DNA of 64,000 bases. Source: Camelus ferus. Taxonomy: Eukaryota. Every line of letters begins with the position of its first letter. Within the stretch, counting starts at the first letter, position 1. The notes below the pieces were generated by a model that worked only from the letters and a program-made list of their open reading frames with translations, searched no databases and had not been told where the DNA came from. Both the position numbers and the translations under genes were made by a program. The stretch is taken from positions 98,272,001 through 98,336,000 of the forward strand of contig NC_045696.1 in the NCBI RefSeq assembly GCF_009834535.1. Reading direction: 5' to 3'. Below are positions 26,845 to 40,056 of this stretch, piece by piece.

Positions 26845-28139
26845 AAATGTAACAAAAAAATTCTAACTGTCTTAAAGGAAACTGTGATATGACAAGGAAA
26901 CAAGAATTTTTACTATTGCCATGCATTTCACAGGTTGATAATTTTAACCTATTTTATAGAAAGAGTAGAGAAGAAGGAATACAGATTGGGAAAAGAGTGG
27001 AGACTTGGAGTTATCATGTCTCAGCTATTTGACTTTGGAACAATGAACTTTTCAGAGTCTCAGCCAACTCTGATTTGAAAACAGATATATTTTCTCTTGG
27101 TTTGGATGAGAAGATCATGTGATAGCATTTTGTAAACTGCAAAGCATTACATAAAGTAAGGTGTTATCATTGCTAGGTGGAACATAGTAGTTAAGATTGA
27201 CTCAAACTACACTGTCTATTTCTCTCTAGGCCCCTTTTTCTTCGTCTATAAAAGATATAATAGTAGCACTTAACCTCAAAGATTGGGTGAAGATTAAATT
27301 GATTAATTTACATGAAACTGCCATAGTACCATTATGTTTTTCCACACTACTGGTAATGACTTCAAAATGTTTTTATTTTATAAAATTAATATTTGTTACA
27401 CTGCATAATTAATAGTATGATATAATAATGGTAATTATTAAGAAAGGAAAATATTAAATTATCCTAAAATAGTCATTCATTAAAATCTATGACATACTGG
27501 TCAAAACTAAGTAACCTTAAACAAATTCACATGGAGTGACTCAAGAATGAACATCAGGGCTATTTAAAGATCAGGCTAATAGCTATCCTTACTTAGAATT
27601 CTTCTCATTTCTTGGCTCAAGTGACCGTTATAACCTTATTTGTCTTAATGATGATTTCTCATTTTACTCTCAGCTGTGCACCATGTCCCAGAATCATAGA
27701 GGAAAGAAATTGACAGATTTTGACCTGAGTCTAGTCTTCAGGAGAGCAATTAAACATGTGGAGATTAGTAGTTTGTACGCTGCATGTGAAAAAGAAGGAA
27801 ATGAGAATCAATAAGCAACAGGTAAATAGGATTTTAAATAGACCCCTAGGATTTTTGATCCCCGGGTAATTCCCTCTCCAGAGTTTAACAGTGTAACTTA
27901 TTCAGTTAAACTTTTTTCATAAAAAAACGTGTATTGAATAGGGAGGAAGAGATTCATTTTGCAGAAAGAAAATATCAGAAACTCAGACTGTCAAGTTTTT
28001 GAGTTGATAGAGGTATAGATTCTTTACTTTGGGGGAAATGATGTAATTACTTGAGTGAACAACCATGAAAATTTTATCCCCAATATAATTTTAGGGAAAT
28101 TTAATATTTTAATTGCCTCACTAGCATTCACTGATACTG

Positions 28140-29040
28140 AAAGAACTCATTGTTGAGCAAACAAAGGGAAGTGACCCTCTGAGCTCACATCGGGTCTTGG
28201 TGAGGAGCATTTATTATAGGAAACCCACAGCAGTGGGACCTTTGCAGCGGTGTTAACCAGCACTCTGAGGAGACACACAGAAACCCAGCAGTATCACATG
28301 CCATTGCCAGACTCAAAGAGAGGGAGGCCTTAGGCTGTGGATTTTTAAGCTGAATGACCTCACCCTGCCATGATCAGGAGCTGCATGAACATCCCTCAGA
28401 CATGGTGAGGGGACTTCATATCTTCTTTTCAGTTGTACGTGGGATAGTTGTATCATATTAGCTGGAAGCATCACCTTGTAATTGTTTTTATTTGGAAGTT
28501 AAATATGATTTAAAGACATATATGGGTGTCATGTCAAAAAGGGGTAGACCATAGTGGCTTTGTGATATGTCAGCTTGGCTAGACTCAACTTCATTTCCCT
28601 GAATTCCCTTCATTGTATGTTTCTAACTGGGGTAGGCCACAAGAGATATTTTTTGCGGCATCTGGTAGATGGAAAAGATGTAGCTTCCATATTGTTTTTA
28701 CACTCAGAAAGTCAGTGCAGGTGCTGTTACAGCTCACTCATAGTGTCAGCATGAGGGCAGCAATGAGGCCAGGAGCGGCTTCATCTTCCTCCGAATCCTC
28801 TTTCCAGCTTCCTCAGCTTCTGGGCGAGTTGTGTGTTTAGTTCCTTGATAAAGAGCACCACTTTTTTGGTAACACACCCATGCCATCAAAGTCAGAGGTA
28901 GTGAGAGTCTGATTAGGTTGCAGCCTGTCTTGTGGGCTCCAGTTTGAGCCTTGAGTTGCGGCTCTCCCTGTAACCCACAAGAGGGAATAACTCTCTTTTT
29001 CCCCATTTCATATGCATCTTCTTCTTAATTGCTATCATGC
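28140..29040 (+). mobile_element. ERVL internal 3' end plus LTR41-like LTR
   Basis: Polypurine tract AAAAAGGGGTAGAC (~28536-28549) followed by TAGTGGCTTTGTGATATGTCAGCTTGGCTAGACT...GAATTCCCTTC. Confidence 0.65.
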
Positions 29041-30809
29041 AAACATCCTAAGGTCCAGATATACCTAAAATTATTAGCAATTCATCACATGTTCTCACCT
29101 CCTTACCAGTTTTAAGACTCAGTTCAGGAATCCGCTGTTGATTTTCTTTGATCACTTAAGATTAGCCAGGATCTTTATACACTCCTTGTGGAACATTTCA
29201 TATAGTACTTAAATTATTCAGTTACTTCTCTGTCTCCCACACCCGACACAAGACTTTTTGGCAACCGATATTCCTTTAATACAGTATGACTTCAATGCGT
29301 AATTTTTGTTTCAAGGTACATAAATAGATGGGAAATGGAGCATGGCTTGGTTTGGCTGAGGAATCAAAGTCTTCCTTGGGAACTATCTTTCCAGATTGTC
29401 TCTTTTTCTCTCTTCTATGAGATAAAATTAGTGCATAAATCCCCCTAATTATTCTGTGAATCTCCAAGGGACCTTACTTATTCCTGTTTCTTAAAAAAAA
29501 TGGTTTCCCCTCTTTTAAAACCTTTAAAAACATAAAAAACATTAAAATGGGAGTTTTCTAACAGAGTTATGCAGTGTTTTCTTCATAAGGGTTAGGAGTT
29601 AGCCAAGCAATGAGTGACCATTTTTCTCGGGTCATTGATGTTTGCCCAGCATGTAGAACTGTACCCGGCATGCTGTGTGCACTCAGTAGGTGTCTGTGGA
29701 GTAACCCTTTTCATGAGACTATTGTGACTATCTTAATGAGACTGACATATCAATTTTTAAAAAAAAGGGAAATTTGATTCTTTTTGTAATAATTTAAGGT
29801 TCTTAAAGACTTAGTCTACTTTTTTCCCATTTAATAACTTCTGAGGGCTTTTAAGACATTACCTCGTTTTTGACTGCTTTTATTAATTTTATACAAACAC
29901 CAGCATACCTTTTGGTAGACTGTTGGTTGAAGCAAATGCACTCTCTTTTCATTGATGAGGTATTTTAAATTATAATAACAGTTATGTTACTGCAGAAAGT
30001 GGAGCCTTTTTTCAGTCATTTTTTTCTTTTATTTCTCATGTATGGGTGTACATCTGAGTGTGTACTTGCATATCTGTGTGTGTGTGTATTTGTGGCAGGG
30101 AGGGAGAGACTGTGGCAATAATTATTTAGTAGTTAACACAAATTTTTGCGAAGTGATTTTGTTACATTACCTTTGCTGCATTTGATTTCAGGAACTTAAT
30201 CATATATACCTGCTTAGCACTTAAGATTCAATGAACAAACAGTTAAAGTCCTTCACCGAAACAAGGGTGAAACATGGAGAGTTTCATTCATTTGAAAAAA
30301 AGTGCTTAACTCATTTTTTTTTGGTTTTAATATATTCTGCTTGAAATTAATGCATATCATTTTACTCTCCACATGTAATATGTGCCTATAAATTGGATAA
30401 GTAGTGCTTTCTTAGAACTAGCATGTCACTGTAAACAAGTTATCAGTAAAACTGAGCCACCTACAATGCTAGTAATTTACTTAATTTATTAAAAATGCAT
30501 AAGGTCTTTGAATTTATGTATAAAGTTTCAGATACTTGAATGATGAACAATTTCCCAAGATACAGATCATTTCTTTTCCTGCAGTAATAAAACCCTGCCT
30601 TAGCCAGGCAAAATAAGCAGAGGAAATTCTAGAAATAAAGGCCATTTATCAAAAATTTCTCCCTTGTTGGTTTTAGGATTTTTTTCTATAATGCCATCAT
30701 TCCAGCCAGGTAGATCATATGTCTCTTCCTAAAGGCAGAGTGACTGGAGATATCCAAAGACTGTGCTTTGCTTTATTTGTCCATCCATCCACCCATCCAT
30801 CTATCCATC

Positions 30810-31050
30810 CTGCTTGCTTGTTCATTAAGTGCAAATATTTATTGGATACCTACTATAAGCCATACACTGTACTGGGGGCTTCACTACCTTTACTTCATTT
30901 AATATTTAAAAAACTTAGTATGCATTAATTTAACAGATGAGGAAACTGAGGCTCAAACTGGTCAAGTAACTTGTCCAAGGTCCAAGTCTATAAGCACTTG
31001 ACTGGGGATCAAATTCAAGTGTGCCTGACTCTAGACACTACACTTAGTTG
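30810..31050 (-). mobile_element. MIR SINE
   Basis: ACAGATGAGGAAACTGAGGCTCA...AAGTAACTTGTCCAAGGTC core. Confidence 0.85.
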
Positions 31051-34000
31051 AGTCTTTTGGTAATTTTTCTCTGGAATGGAAGGAGTGGGGGAAGGGAAGA
31101 AATGAGGGAGATCAGCGGTAGTTTGGCTGAATCAACTTTTCTTAAATGATTTTGTATTGGAGGTTCAACATTGGAGGGGTTGGGGAAAGGGTAGTTTACA
31201 TTATTCCTTTTTATGAATTAGAAAAAGGCACTCTTCCTCTAAGTGAGAGCACATAGGTCAGAGAGCAGAGCACGCAGACTCTGTTTTAGCTCCTGGTCAC
31301 CTCCTTGCCAGGTGTCCTTGTCCAGGGTGCAACCTGCACAAGCACTGTGCTAGAGGCATGTATGTGGAGGGCTGATGGGGTGAGTGTAGGAACACAGAGC
31401 AGAAGACTTCCCTTGAAGCTGACTCCCACCTGATCCTTGCACTCTCCCCTCTAACTCCTCTGCTGCATTTATGGAGGAAGATAAAAAGTACATTATAAGT
31501 GTGTATTAAAAGTTAGCTAATTTCCCCCATGCTGCAAGCAAGGGAAGTGCATGGTTCAGAATCCTTGGCTGGGCTTGCTGTCTGGCTGTGAACCATCTTA
31601 CTTGTACTTGCCCAGCATGACTTCTGCTCTGCACAGCATTTTCAAGTATGTGGTATTTTATACTGAACAGGGTAGGAAAATTCTAATAATTAATAAGTGG
31701 AAAAATAATCTAGAAACTAATAAAATATAAAAAACCTAGCAGATTAAAAAAACATGTAAGATAAATATACTGTGTTGTATCCCAAGTTAAATACTAGAAT
31801 AAAATAAAAATAAAGTTGACTTTTGCCACATAAATGCTATGGAGAGATAATGTTCAAGAGAGTTGAGAATATTGACAAGTAATAGGTGAAGAACCAAAAT
31901 ATTGAAGCTAATCTCGAGAGGAAAATGATGAAGCATGGAGGGGTTGGTAGTTTGAAATAAAGCGGAGGGGTTGTGGGACTGGAGAACCCAGAAATTTAAG
32001 AAACAGGAAAGGGAGTAACTGTAGCAGATAGCTGGTGGGGATGAAGTTTGAGATGCCAAAGCAGGATGCTTTCACTTAGTTTTTAGAGGTGCCTATTTAG
32101 AGTTCAAGATGGCTGTGAGTGAACTGGATATCTGGATCCTGGCAATGAGAAGACCAAGGAAAGAGGTCAGGGTACTGGGTAGTTTGTGTGGATGTTGATG
32201 TCATTCAGCATGACATCAGATCTTGGGGGTGGAGATTTGTGACAAGAGGGGAGTCATAATGTCTTCCAACAGTGGTGGTGGTGTGGAGGATATTGTGAGC
32301 GAGGGAAAGCATCAGAGAGGCAGATGTTTGCTACACAAGTTGGAGAGAGGTGTCAAGGTCCGGAGGTGGCACTGGGAAGTGAGCTGACATGGTCTTCCCT
32401 TGTGAAGCCACAGGAGACGTGGTGTCTCATGAGAAAAGCCAGTTTCTATACAGGGAGGTGGGAGATGTAATGTTCAGTCAAGAATCTGAGGAGAGATAAC
32501 ACTCTGTTTATAATTCTGCAGATGCTCCAGAGGGCACAGCAATGAGCTCTGAGGGGAGAGTGGATCTGTGGGGGTGGGAGCTCAGTGCAGGATGCAGATT
32601 GGCCAAGGAAAGATGTGAGACGTGAAGACTTTCGCTGCTCCCACTGTTTCCCACTAAGTATTCCCAGCTGTCTCCGGTATCTGATGAAAGGAGAGAAGGA
32701 CCAGGTCTCTCCGGAGGGGTTAACTGCTTCTGAGATGAGCCACTTATCCTGGGAACTCTTGGTCCAGATGATCAGGCTGGTCTCAGGATCTCCACTGCTC
32801 ATACGTCCATTAAGTAAAGTGTTTTGCACTAATGATTGGCACTTTTTACTTGAGGGTCTTGTGGACGATAAAGCAAAGTACCCATGAGACAAAGCAGCTA
32901 ATTCCAGGCTCCTTGATTTATAAGACTGAATTTCAACTATGTGTTTTATTTCTTAGAGAGATGAATTGACTTTTCAGATTAATCTTGGACCAGAGATACG
33001 TCTTATGAATGGAAAATGGCACATGAGCATTGAGAGGGCAGTGATTCCCTCATGTGAGCACTTCCATCCCCAGGGTGGAGGAAATGAGCATGGACAAATG
33101 ATAGATGATGTCCTGAGGGAGGGCTAAGAGTGTGGAGTCGGTGTTGAAACTCAGAGGAGGAGCAACTACCTCCGGCTGTGAGGGGACCAGGTGAAAGTGT
33201 CTGCCTTAGGAGTTTCTTCCTGAGCTGTCTGACCTGAGGATGACTTGCAAGGGGCTGTGCAGCCAGTCCTGTTGATCGGCTATAGACTCAATGGGAATAA
33301 AACCTTTTCTGAAACACCAGTTATCTTACCCACAAGTACTTCAGTAGCTCTAAGACCATAGGAGATGAGGGATGTGGACATTCACTCATTGCCCTGGTTC
33401 ACCAGGTAGAGTAAGGGAGCAAGGGCATTGCATAAGAAGAAGGGTGTGTGTAGCACCACTGAGGGGTGAAATACCGTGGAATGCTTGGGAATACTGGGAA
33501 AAGCAGAAGTCACAGGGAGACTACAAGTCAGGTAGGATGGTTGGCAGCCCGGCTGTGAGCCTAGTCCCAGGGTCTGAACGTCATCTGTGAACTGCATGCC
33601 TGTGCTGTATAAGGCAGATACCAGGTGGTATAACAGTGTGGCTGCTTAGATTCCTATGGAGTTGGTGGGACTCTGGGTCTCCGGAAACAGAAGCAGAGCA
33701 CAGAACACCTACCCTACATTCTTAAGCAATGGTTTACTTGCTTTTATCTCCAAAAATCCCAGAGAGCTTCTTATGCTAATTGCTTCTTCTGATGAAATCC
33801 TTGGCCATCCCAAACAATCTCAACCCACTTCTGCTATCAAGAGAAAGAGCAGTATTGTTATGGACAGTTAGGAATCTGTCAAGGTCTTTGCTGGGTAGTT
33901 TAGCAAGCCAACAGGTAAATAAATTATTGCTCACAGGGTAAGGAAGAAATTATGGATAATATTAAAAACTTTTACAAAACAGATTTGAAATGAAAGATTA

Positions 34001-35090
34001 TATCAGAAAATAATTTCAGCTCATTCCCAAGCAAAGCATGAAGATAATTTTAAAAGTTTGGAAATGAGCTTTTGGAATTTAGAAGTGTGAAAATTGCCCT
34101 TGAAAAGTTGAAGAAAGTCTCAGTATATTCAAGTATTTTCTCCCTGACACTGATTATGAACTTCTAGAATAGATGGATTGTGTCTTAATAACTTTTGTAA
34201 CAACCAAGAGCAGTAATCATTAATCAATATCTATTAGTTGAACCTAATTGAATTAGAGAAAAGTGTAGTGCAGATTCAATTAAATAGAGCAGACCACATA
34301 TTGTTGTGCCTAATATCATGGAGATATCAAAAACACATGAGATACTTCCAGAAAGAAAGCCATTATTCAGTTCCTATGCTAAAATTGTATTTCTCTTTTC
34401 TTATCTGTTTGTGATGTTATACTCTTAAGGCTTGCCGAAAGAGAACAACTCAGGCTGAAATGCTTCTGATAGCTTTGATACTGATTGTAAGATTTTCAAA
34501 TTGTTTATGGTAAAGGGTAGAAGTGGGGAATAGGCAGGGAGAGATGGGGGCCAAGCAAGGGGGGAAAAAGTAGGATCTGGTTAAAGTAATAAATTAAACA
34601 CTATTTACAAATTTCCTATTTAGAAAACTAGAAATAGGGTTGGCCCAGACCCATAAAAACCATCTGTAATTTTACTTTTCTTAATCTTTTTAGGGTGACC
34701 TCTTGGGAAGTAAAAGAACCCTCGAATAATAAATGCTAAGGAAAGAACAATTTGAGCCATTACCTGAATGCATTTACATAGGTTGAGACAGAATTTGCTA
34801 AAAAAGAATCATCTAACTACCTGTCTGTTCATTTATTTATTTTTAGATTTCAGATGTACCGAGTGGAGTTAAGCACAGCCCTCAATTCATGTCAATTATC
34901 TACATTGGTCCATGCAAGCCCTTTCTTTCTTCTTCTTCTTTTTTTTGTTGGTTTATTTATTCGTTCCTTGTAAACCTATTCCCCCACCAAGGCAATGACC
35001 CCAGTGTGTTTGATGTGAGTCCTTCTATATATGTGTGTTGTAACTATGCAGAGATGTTGATGCACACATCTATTTACTGCATATAAATGG

Positions 35091-35483
35091 TGTCTTAGAC
35101 TGGGTTCTCTGGCAGCGGAGCCAGAGACAGTAATTTTTGTTCAAGTGATTTACTGAAGGAGCATTTTCAGAAGGGGAGCAAGAATGTGGCCTCAGAGACC
35201 AGCTTCAGTTTGAGTCCACAAGGAAGCTCTCAAGCACAAGCTGCACTACAGAGGTGGTCCACCTTAAAGTAAGGGGGATGGCCTTTTGCATGCCTACCAG
35301 TCAATCGCTGGCTGAGGTCCTTCCATTCTAGGTATGTTGAGGGCGGTGTACTGGTTTCCAGGACCAAGAGACTCGCAGAAGTGGGAAGCTGGGGGCCATT
35401 AGCAGCCAACACTCAAATCAGCTGGGAGAGGGGCACACCAGACAGAAAGGGAGTCTAGGCTAGTCATCAGTAGTGTCACTACA
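35091..35483 (-). mobile_element. LTR16-like 3' LTR of an ERVL
   Basis: TGTCTTAGACTGGGTTCTC...CACTACA with an adjacent minus-strand purine tract. Confidence 0.65.
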
Positions 35484-37024
35484 GACTTCCTCTTGCATCC
35501 TTTAGAAACACTTGCTTTCACCTTATTTTACTCTAGGCACAGCTTCTCCAGGTTTCTGTTTGGTTACAGTCTGAACACTTACAAGAAGAACATTACTGGG
35601 ACGGCAGCTCTGATGCTGCAGTGGATCCCCAGGCTGTAACTAATCCTCCTCATTGTCTTCCTCTATCCCTCATTCTAGAGTCCCTTCCCTTTGGTTAGCA
35701 CTTCTGCTGGGCTAGATTTAAGTTTAATTATATCCTTCTAGTGGAATTCTCCCTTATGGGGAATTAAGACCTCTGGTCTCACTGTGCTGGAAGTTGCAGA
35801 AATAGGAAGCACAAATTCCCCAAGTGGGTCACTGGGAATGATGGTGAGCAGTCCACTCCTACTTCTGCCTCTTGGTTTTTGGATCCATGTGTTTAACAAT
35901 TGATGACATGGTACCATATAATGGCTTTGGTTTAATGTGTGTGTCACATCCTCAAAGGTGTACCTTATCCTTACAGGATGTCATATCCAAGCTGACACTT
36001 AGCTGTGCCTTCAAGAGGCCACATCCTTGCTGATAAGAATGGCACCTTCTGAATTGTGTGGTACATGATAGGATTATTGAATCACATACTCATTTACTCA
36101 TCATAGCATTTCCTTTGCTTTAAAATGAGTCTCTTGGTTTAAGATATGTTACGTGGGATTCCATGAAGGCAGAACAGATCCTTTATGATGCCTTAGATGA
36201 TGGTGCTGGTTGAGGCACAGCAGGCTGGAAAGGCACCCGTACCTAAAATACATGGGTGCTCTTAGTCAACATGAAACAAGGCACAAGGGGCTTGATGTAA
36301 TCAACTTGACCCCAGGTGGCTGGATGTTTCCAGTGAGGAATGGTACCTAGATAGGGAGCTCAGCATTGGTCTGTGTTGCTGGCAGGTCATTTGTGGAAGT
36401 ATCTAGATCAACTCTGGTGCTGGTGAGACTACGCTGTTGGGACCAGGCTCACCATAGTTTCTCTCTTCTTGAGATAAATGTACAAACACTGGGGTAGCCA
36501 TAGACGGAGGCTGGCTGACATCTATGGACTAAGTCCACTTGATTTGTTAGCATCTCTCTCGCAGTCAGTGCTCTTTGGTGGGCATTAGTTGTAATAAAAA
36601 TATCTTTGCACTTTGTGGTCACTGTCATAGGTCAGTTTCTAATTTTCCAGTCTCATTTCTTCCAGGCCTCTGGCCAATATCCAGACCATTTTACATTGTT
36701 CATGAATCTGTGTGGATTCTTACTTTGGGCCCCTTCTCTCTCCATACAAAGTAAAAGTCCAGATATGTTTCCCATTGGAGGACTCTCCATCACCACTGTC
36801 TTTCAGGCCAGCCCTGAATGGGGCTGTTGCAGTACCAGTCCACTGTTGTCCTGTAATCATTTACTAAGCCAAACCATTCCTGAACCCAGCCCAGGCTTTT
36901 TCTTTCTTCATCTCCTGGTCATGGGTGTCAGCTGATGAAATGGTGTCAGTGTGATGATGGCAGGTGACCTGAGATGTGGAGCATCTTTTACTTCAGCCAT
37001 CTTTGCCCTCTGAACTTCATCCTA

Positions 37025-37384
37025 AAACCAGTCCCTTTGGGCCACTAAAACAAAATATCATAAATAGACTGGGTAGCTTATGAAAAACAGAAATTTATTT
37101 CTCACAGTTTTAAGGCTGGGAAGTCCAGGGTCATGGCTAACAGATTTGGTGTTTGGTAAGACCCCGATTTCTGGATCATAGATGGAACCTTCATGTGGCG
37201 TCCTACACGGTGGAGGAGCAAGGGATCTCTGTGGGGCCTCTTTTCTAAGAACACCAATCTCATTCATGAAGACTCTACTCTCATGACCTAAGAACCTCCT
37301 AAAAGCCCCACTTCTTAATACCATAATTTTTGGAGGGGTTAGGATTTCAACATGAATTTTGGGGGAGACAATCAGTCCCTAGTA
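37025..37384 (-). mobile_element. MLT1A-like solo LTR nested in the ERVL
   Basis: AGACTGGGTAGCTTATGAAAAACAGAAATTTATTTCTCACAGTT...GGATTTCAACATGAATTTTGGGGGAGACA. Confidence 0.85.
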
Positions 37385-38842
37385 CCAGCAGTGTCTCTTC
37401 CATTTAATAATGGGTTGCTACTGCTCTCTCAGCTGTAGGACTTTATTGGTTCAATAGAAACCAGCTCATGATCACCAGTTCTGTCTGTATGGTCAATTGA
37501 TACCCCATGGTCGTATGCTCAGTTTCTGTCAGGGACCAGTAGCAGGCCAGGACCAGTGATGTATTTTTGAATGATATACTTTTCTCTGCTAGAGTGACCT
37601 GGCCTTGCTGTAGAAACCTAGAGGTCTTCACTGCAACTCTCCCAGGATGCCAGAGATTTCCTACAATGTTTCCTTGGCCAGTGCCTAGGTCTGTAGCAAG
37701 CTCTATTCTAGGCCCTATTCAAAACAACCAGCTTTCTGTATTATCCAATAAAAGTCATTGCAGTATTTCCAGGTGTGGAATGTGCTGTTTCTAAAAACCA
37801 AAGAGACCCACCAAGGATTGTGCTTTTTTTCCTTAGTGGTGTAGCTATTTCTTACTTTAAAGAGTATATTCCAGCGTGTGTCAGACCACTGTATGCCTAA
37901 AAACCTCACTTATACTGAAGGTCCTTGATCATTATAGGATTTTTCTTCAACCTTCTAAAGCTTGTATATCTTCCAAGGCATCCAGAGTGCTTACTATTTC
38001 TTTACTATCAGGTCTGAGGAACATGATTTATCAATATAGTGGACCAAAGTGATATTCTATATGATGATCAAATCATGCAGGTCCTTTTGGACAATTATGA
38101 TAGAGAGCTGAAGAATTAACATAAATTTAGGGCAAAACCTTGAAAGGCAGTGCTGTCCATTTCAATTTCTCTTAAACTGTTTCTGATCCTTCTTTCTAAT
38201 AGGTATGGAAACAAGCATTTGCTGTATCAGCAGCTGCATAAGACAGACCTGAGGCTCTGTTCATCTCTTCCAATAAAATACCGTACTCAGCACAACAGTT
38301 GCAACTGGAAATATAACTTGATTAAGTTTGTGGTAGTCCACTCTCATCCATCATTATATATCTAGTTTCTGCAAAGACCAAACTGGTGAATTAAGTAGTG
38401 ATATTTTAGAGACTGCAACCTCTACAACTTAGTGTCACCTTCAAAGACCATCTTTGCCATCTTCAAAGACATTTTAGGCCCTTGAAGGTGGCGCAAATCT
38501 CTGCTCTCCCCCTGGGTTGCAACATTGTTTTTAACTTACTATCTTGGTGGGGTAGAAGAGTAGTCTCAGGGGCTTCTACTTGCATTTCTTACTATAATAA
38601 TTCTTGATTCTGTAGGTCAAAAAAATCAATTAAAAGTTCTACCAATGCTTAGTTTATCCAGCCCAATTATTTATTTGAGAAGTGGTGAAATGACCACAAG
38701 GTGGATCCTCTCTGTGAGACAGATGTGAGCTGGGACTCTAGTGATCACCTGACACCCAGATGTCCCTGTTTTAACAGAGGAGCCATAATGGTGCATTAAA
38801 TGCCTATGTCAACAGTAACTTTGGCCCGGCATCTGACAGGTA

Positions 38843-39331
38843 CAGATGGTCCCTGACTTAACAATGGTTCGACTTGACAATTTTCCACTTTACAATGGTG
38901 TAAAGGTGGTACACATTCAGTAGAAACTGTACTTCACATTTTGAATTTCGATCTCTTCCCAGGCTATTGATTGCCATGCAGTGCTCTCTTATAATGCTGG
39001 CCAGAGGCCACAGCCTCAGCTCTGTCAGCCACGTGGCCACCAGGGGGAACAGCCAACCAGTCCACCTACAACCATTCTCTTTTTTCACTTTCAGTACAGT
39101 GTTCAATAAATTACATGAGACATTCATTACTTTATTATGAAATACACTTTGTGTTAAGTGATTTTGTTCTACTATAGGCTAATATAAGTGTTTCAAGTGT
39201 ATTTAAGGTAGGCTAGGCTAAGCTGTGATGTCGATAGGTTTGATGTATTAAATGCATTTTTGACCTATGATATCTTCAACCTATGATGGGTTTATCAGGA
39301 CAGAACCCCATGATAAGTGGAGGAAGATCTG
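38843..39331 (-). mobile_element. MER47/Tigger5-like TcMar DNA transposon nested in the ERVL
   Basis: TA|CAGATGGTCCCTGACTTA...TAAGTGGAGGAAGATCTG inverted termini; internal AGGTAGGCTAGGCTAAGCT. Confidence 0.85.
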
Positions 39332-39442
39332 TGTTCCCTTCCCTCAGTGTATGGATACCCAAGTAAGTGGCTGTAGGTCCTTTGGGAAGAGGACTTGCGT
39401 TATCACTGCTATTCACATTTACTTGGTGTTGCATATTTCTTT

Positions 39443-40056
39443 AAATAAACTGTGGTACCTCCAGACAATGAAATATTTTTCAGGGCTGAAAAAGAAAAAA
39501 AGCTGTCAAGCCATGAAAAGACATGCAGGAACCTTAAATGCATACCAGTAAGTGAAAGAAGCTCTTCTGAAAAGGCTACGTGCTGTATGACTCCAACCAT
39601 ATGACATTCTGAAAAAAGCAAAACTATGGACATGGTAAAAACATGAGTGGTTGCCAGAGTTTGGGGAGGGGGTGGGAAGAGGCAGATTGTAGAGCACAGA
39701 GGATCTCTAGGGCAGTGAAAATACTCTGTGTAATACCATAGTGATGGATGCATGTTATTGTACATTTGTCCAAACCGCAGAATCCACAACACCAAGGGTG
39801 AACCCTAGTGTAAACTCCACAGTTTACTGTAAACCCTAGTGTGAACTCCACAGTGGCTGTAACTCCACAGTCACTTTGGGTGACTTAAGATGTGTTAAAG
39901 CAGGTAGCTCAATAGTGTTAAATGTATTCCTCTGCTGGGGGACGATAGTGAGGGAGGCTGTGCACGTGTTGGGGCAGAGGATATGTGGGAAATCTCTGTA
40001 CGTTTGCCTCAATTTTGCTGTGAACCTTAAACTGCTCTGAAAAGATAAAGTCTTAA
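39443..40056 (+). mobile_element. L1MC-like 3' end
   Basis: AAACTGTGGTAC...TATGACATTCTGAAAAAAGCAAAACTATGG...TTTTGCTGTGAACCTTAAACTGCTCT. Confidence 0.85.

Larger units (their letters stand above)
35484..39430 (-). mobile_element. decayed ERVL internal region (pro/pol/integrase)
   Basis: Minus-strand peptides FLGIQWSD..., LACYWSLTETEHTTMGYQLT, LTIIPSDPLGEFVLP and TLVHYID resemble ERVL Pol; heavily frameshifted. Confidence 0.85.

Noticed and set aside
32446..32892. Overlapping 148-aa and 100-aa ORFs
   Set aside because: No recognisable domain or convincing splice structure; consistent with chance ORFs in a locally GC-richer stretch.
35738..38365. Domesticated retroviral gene
   Set aside because: The ERVL Pol-like peptides are broken by stops, frameshifts and an inserted LTR; the RT YxDD motif is degraded.
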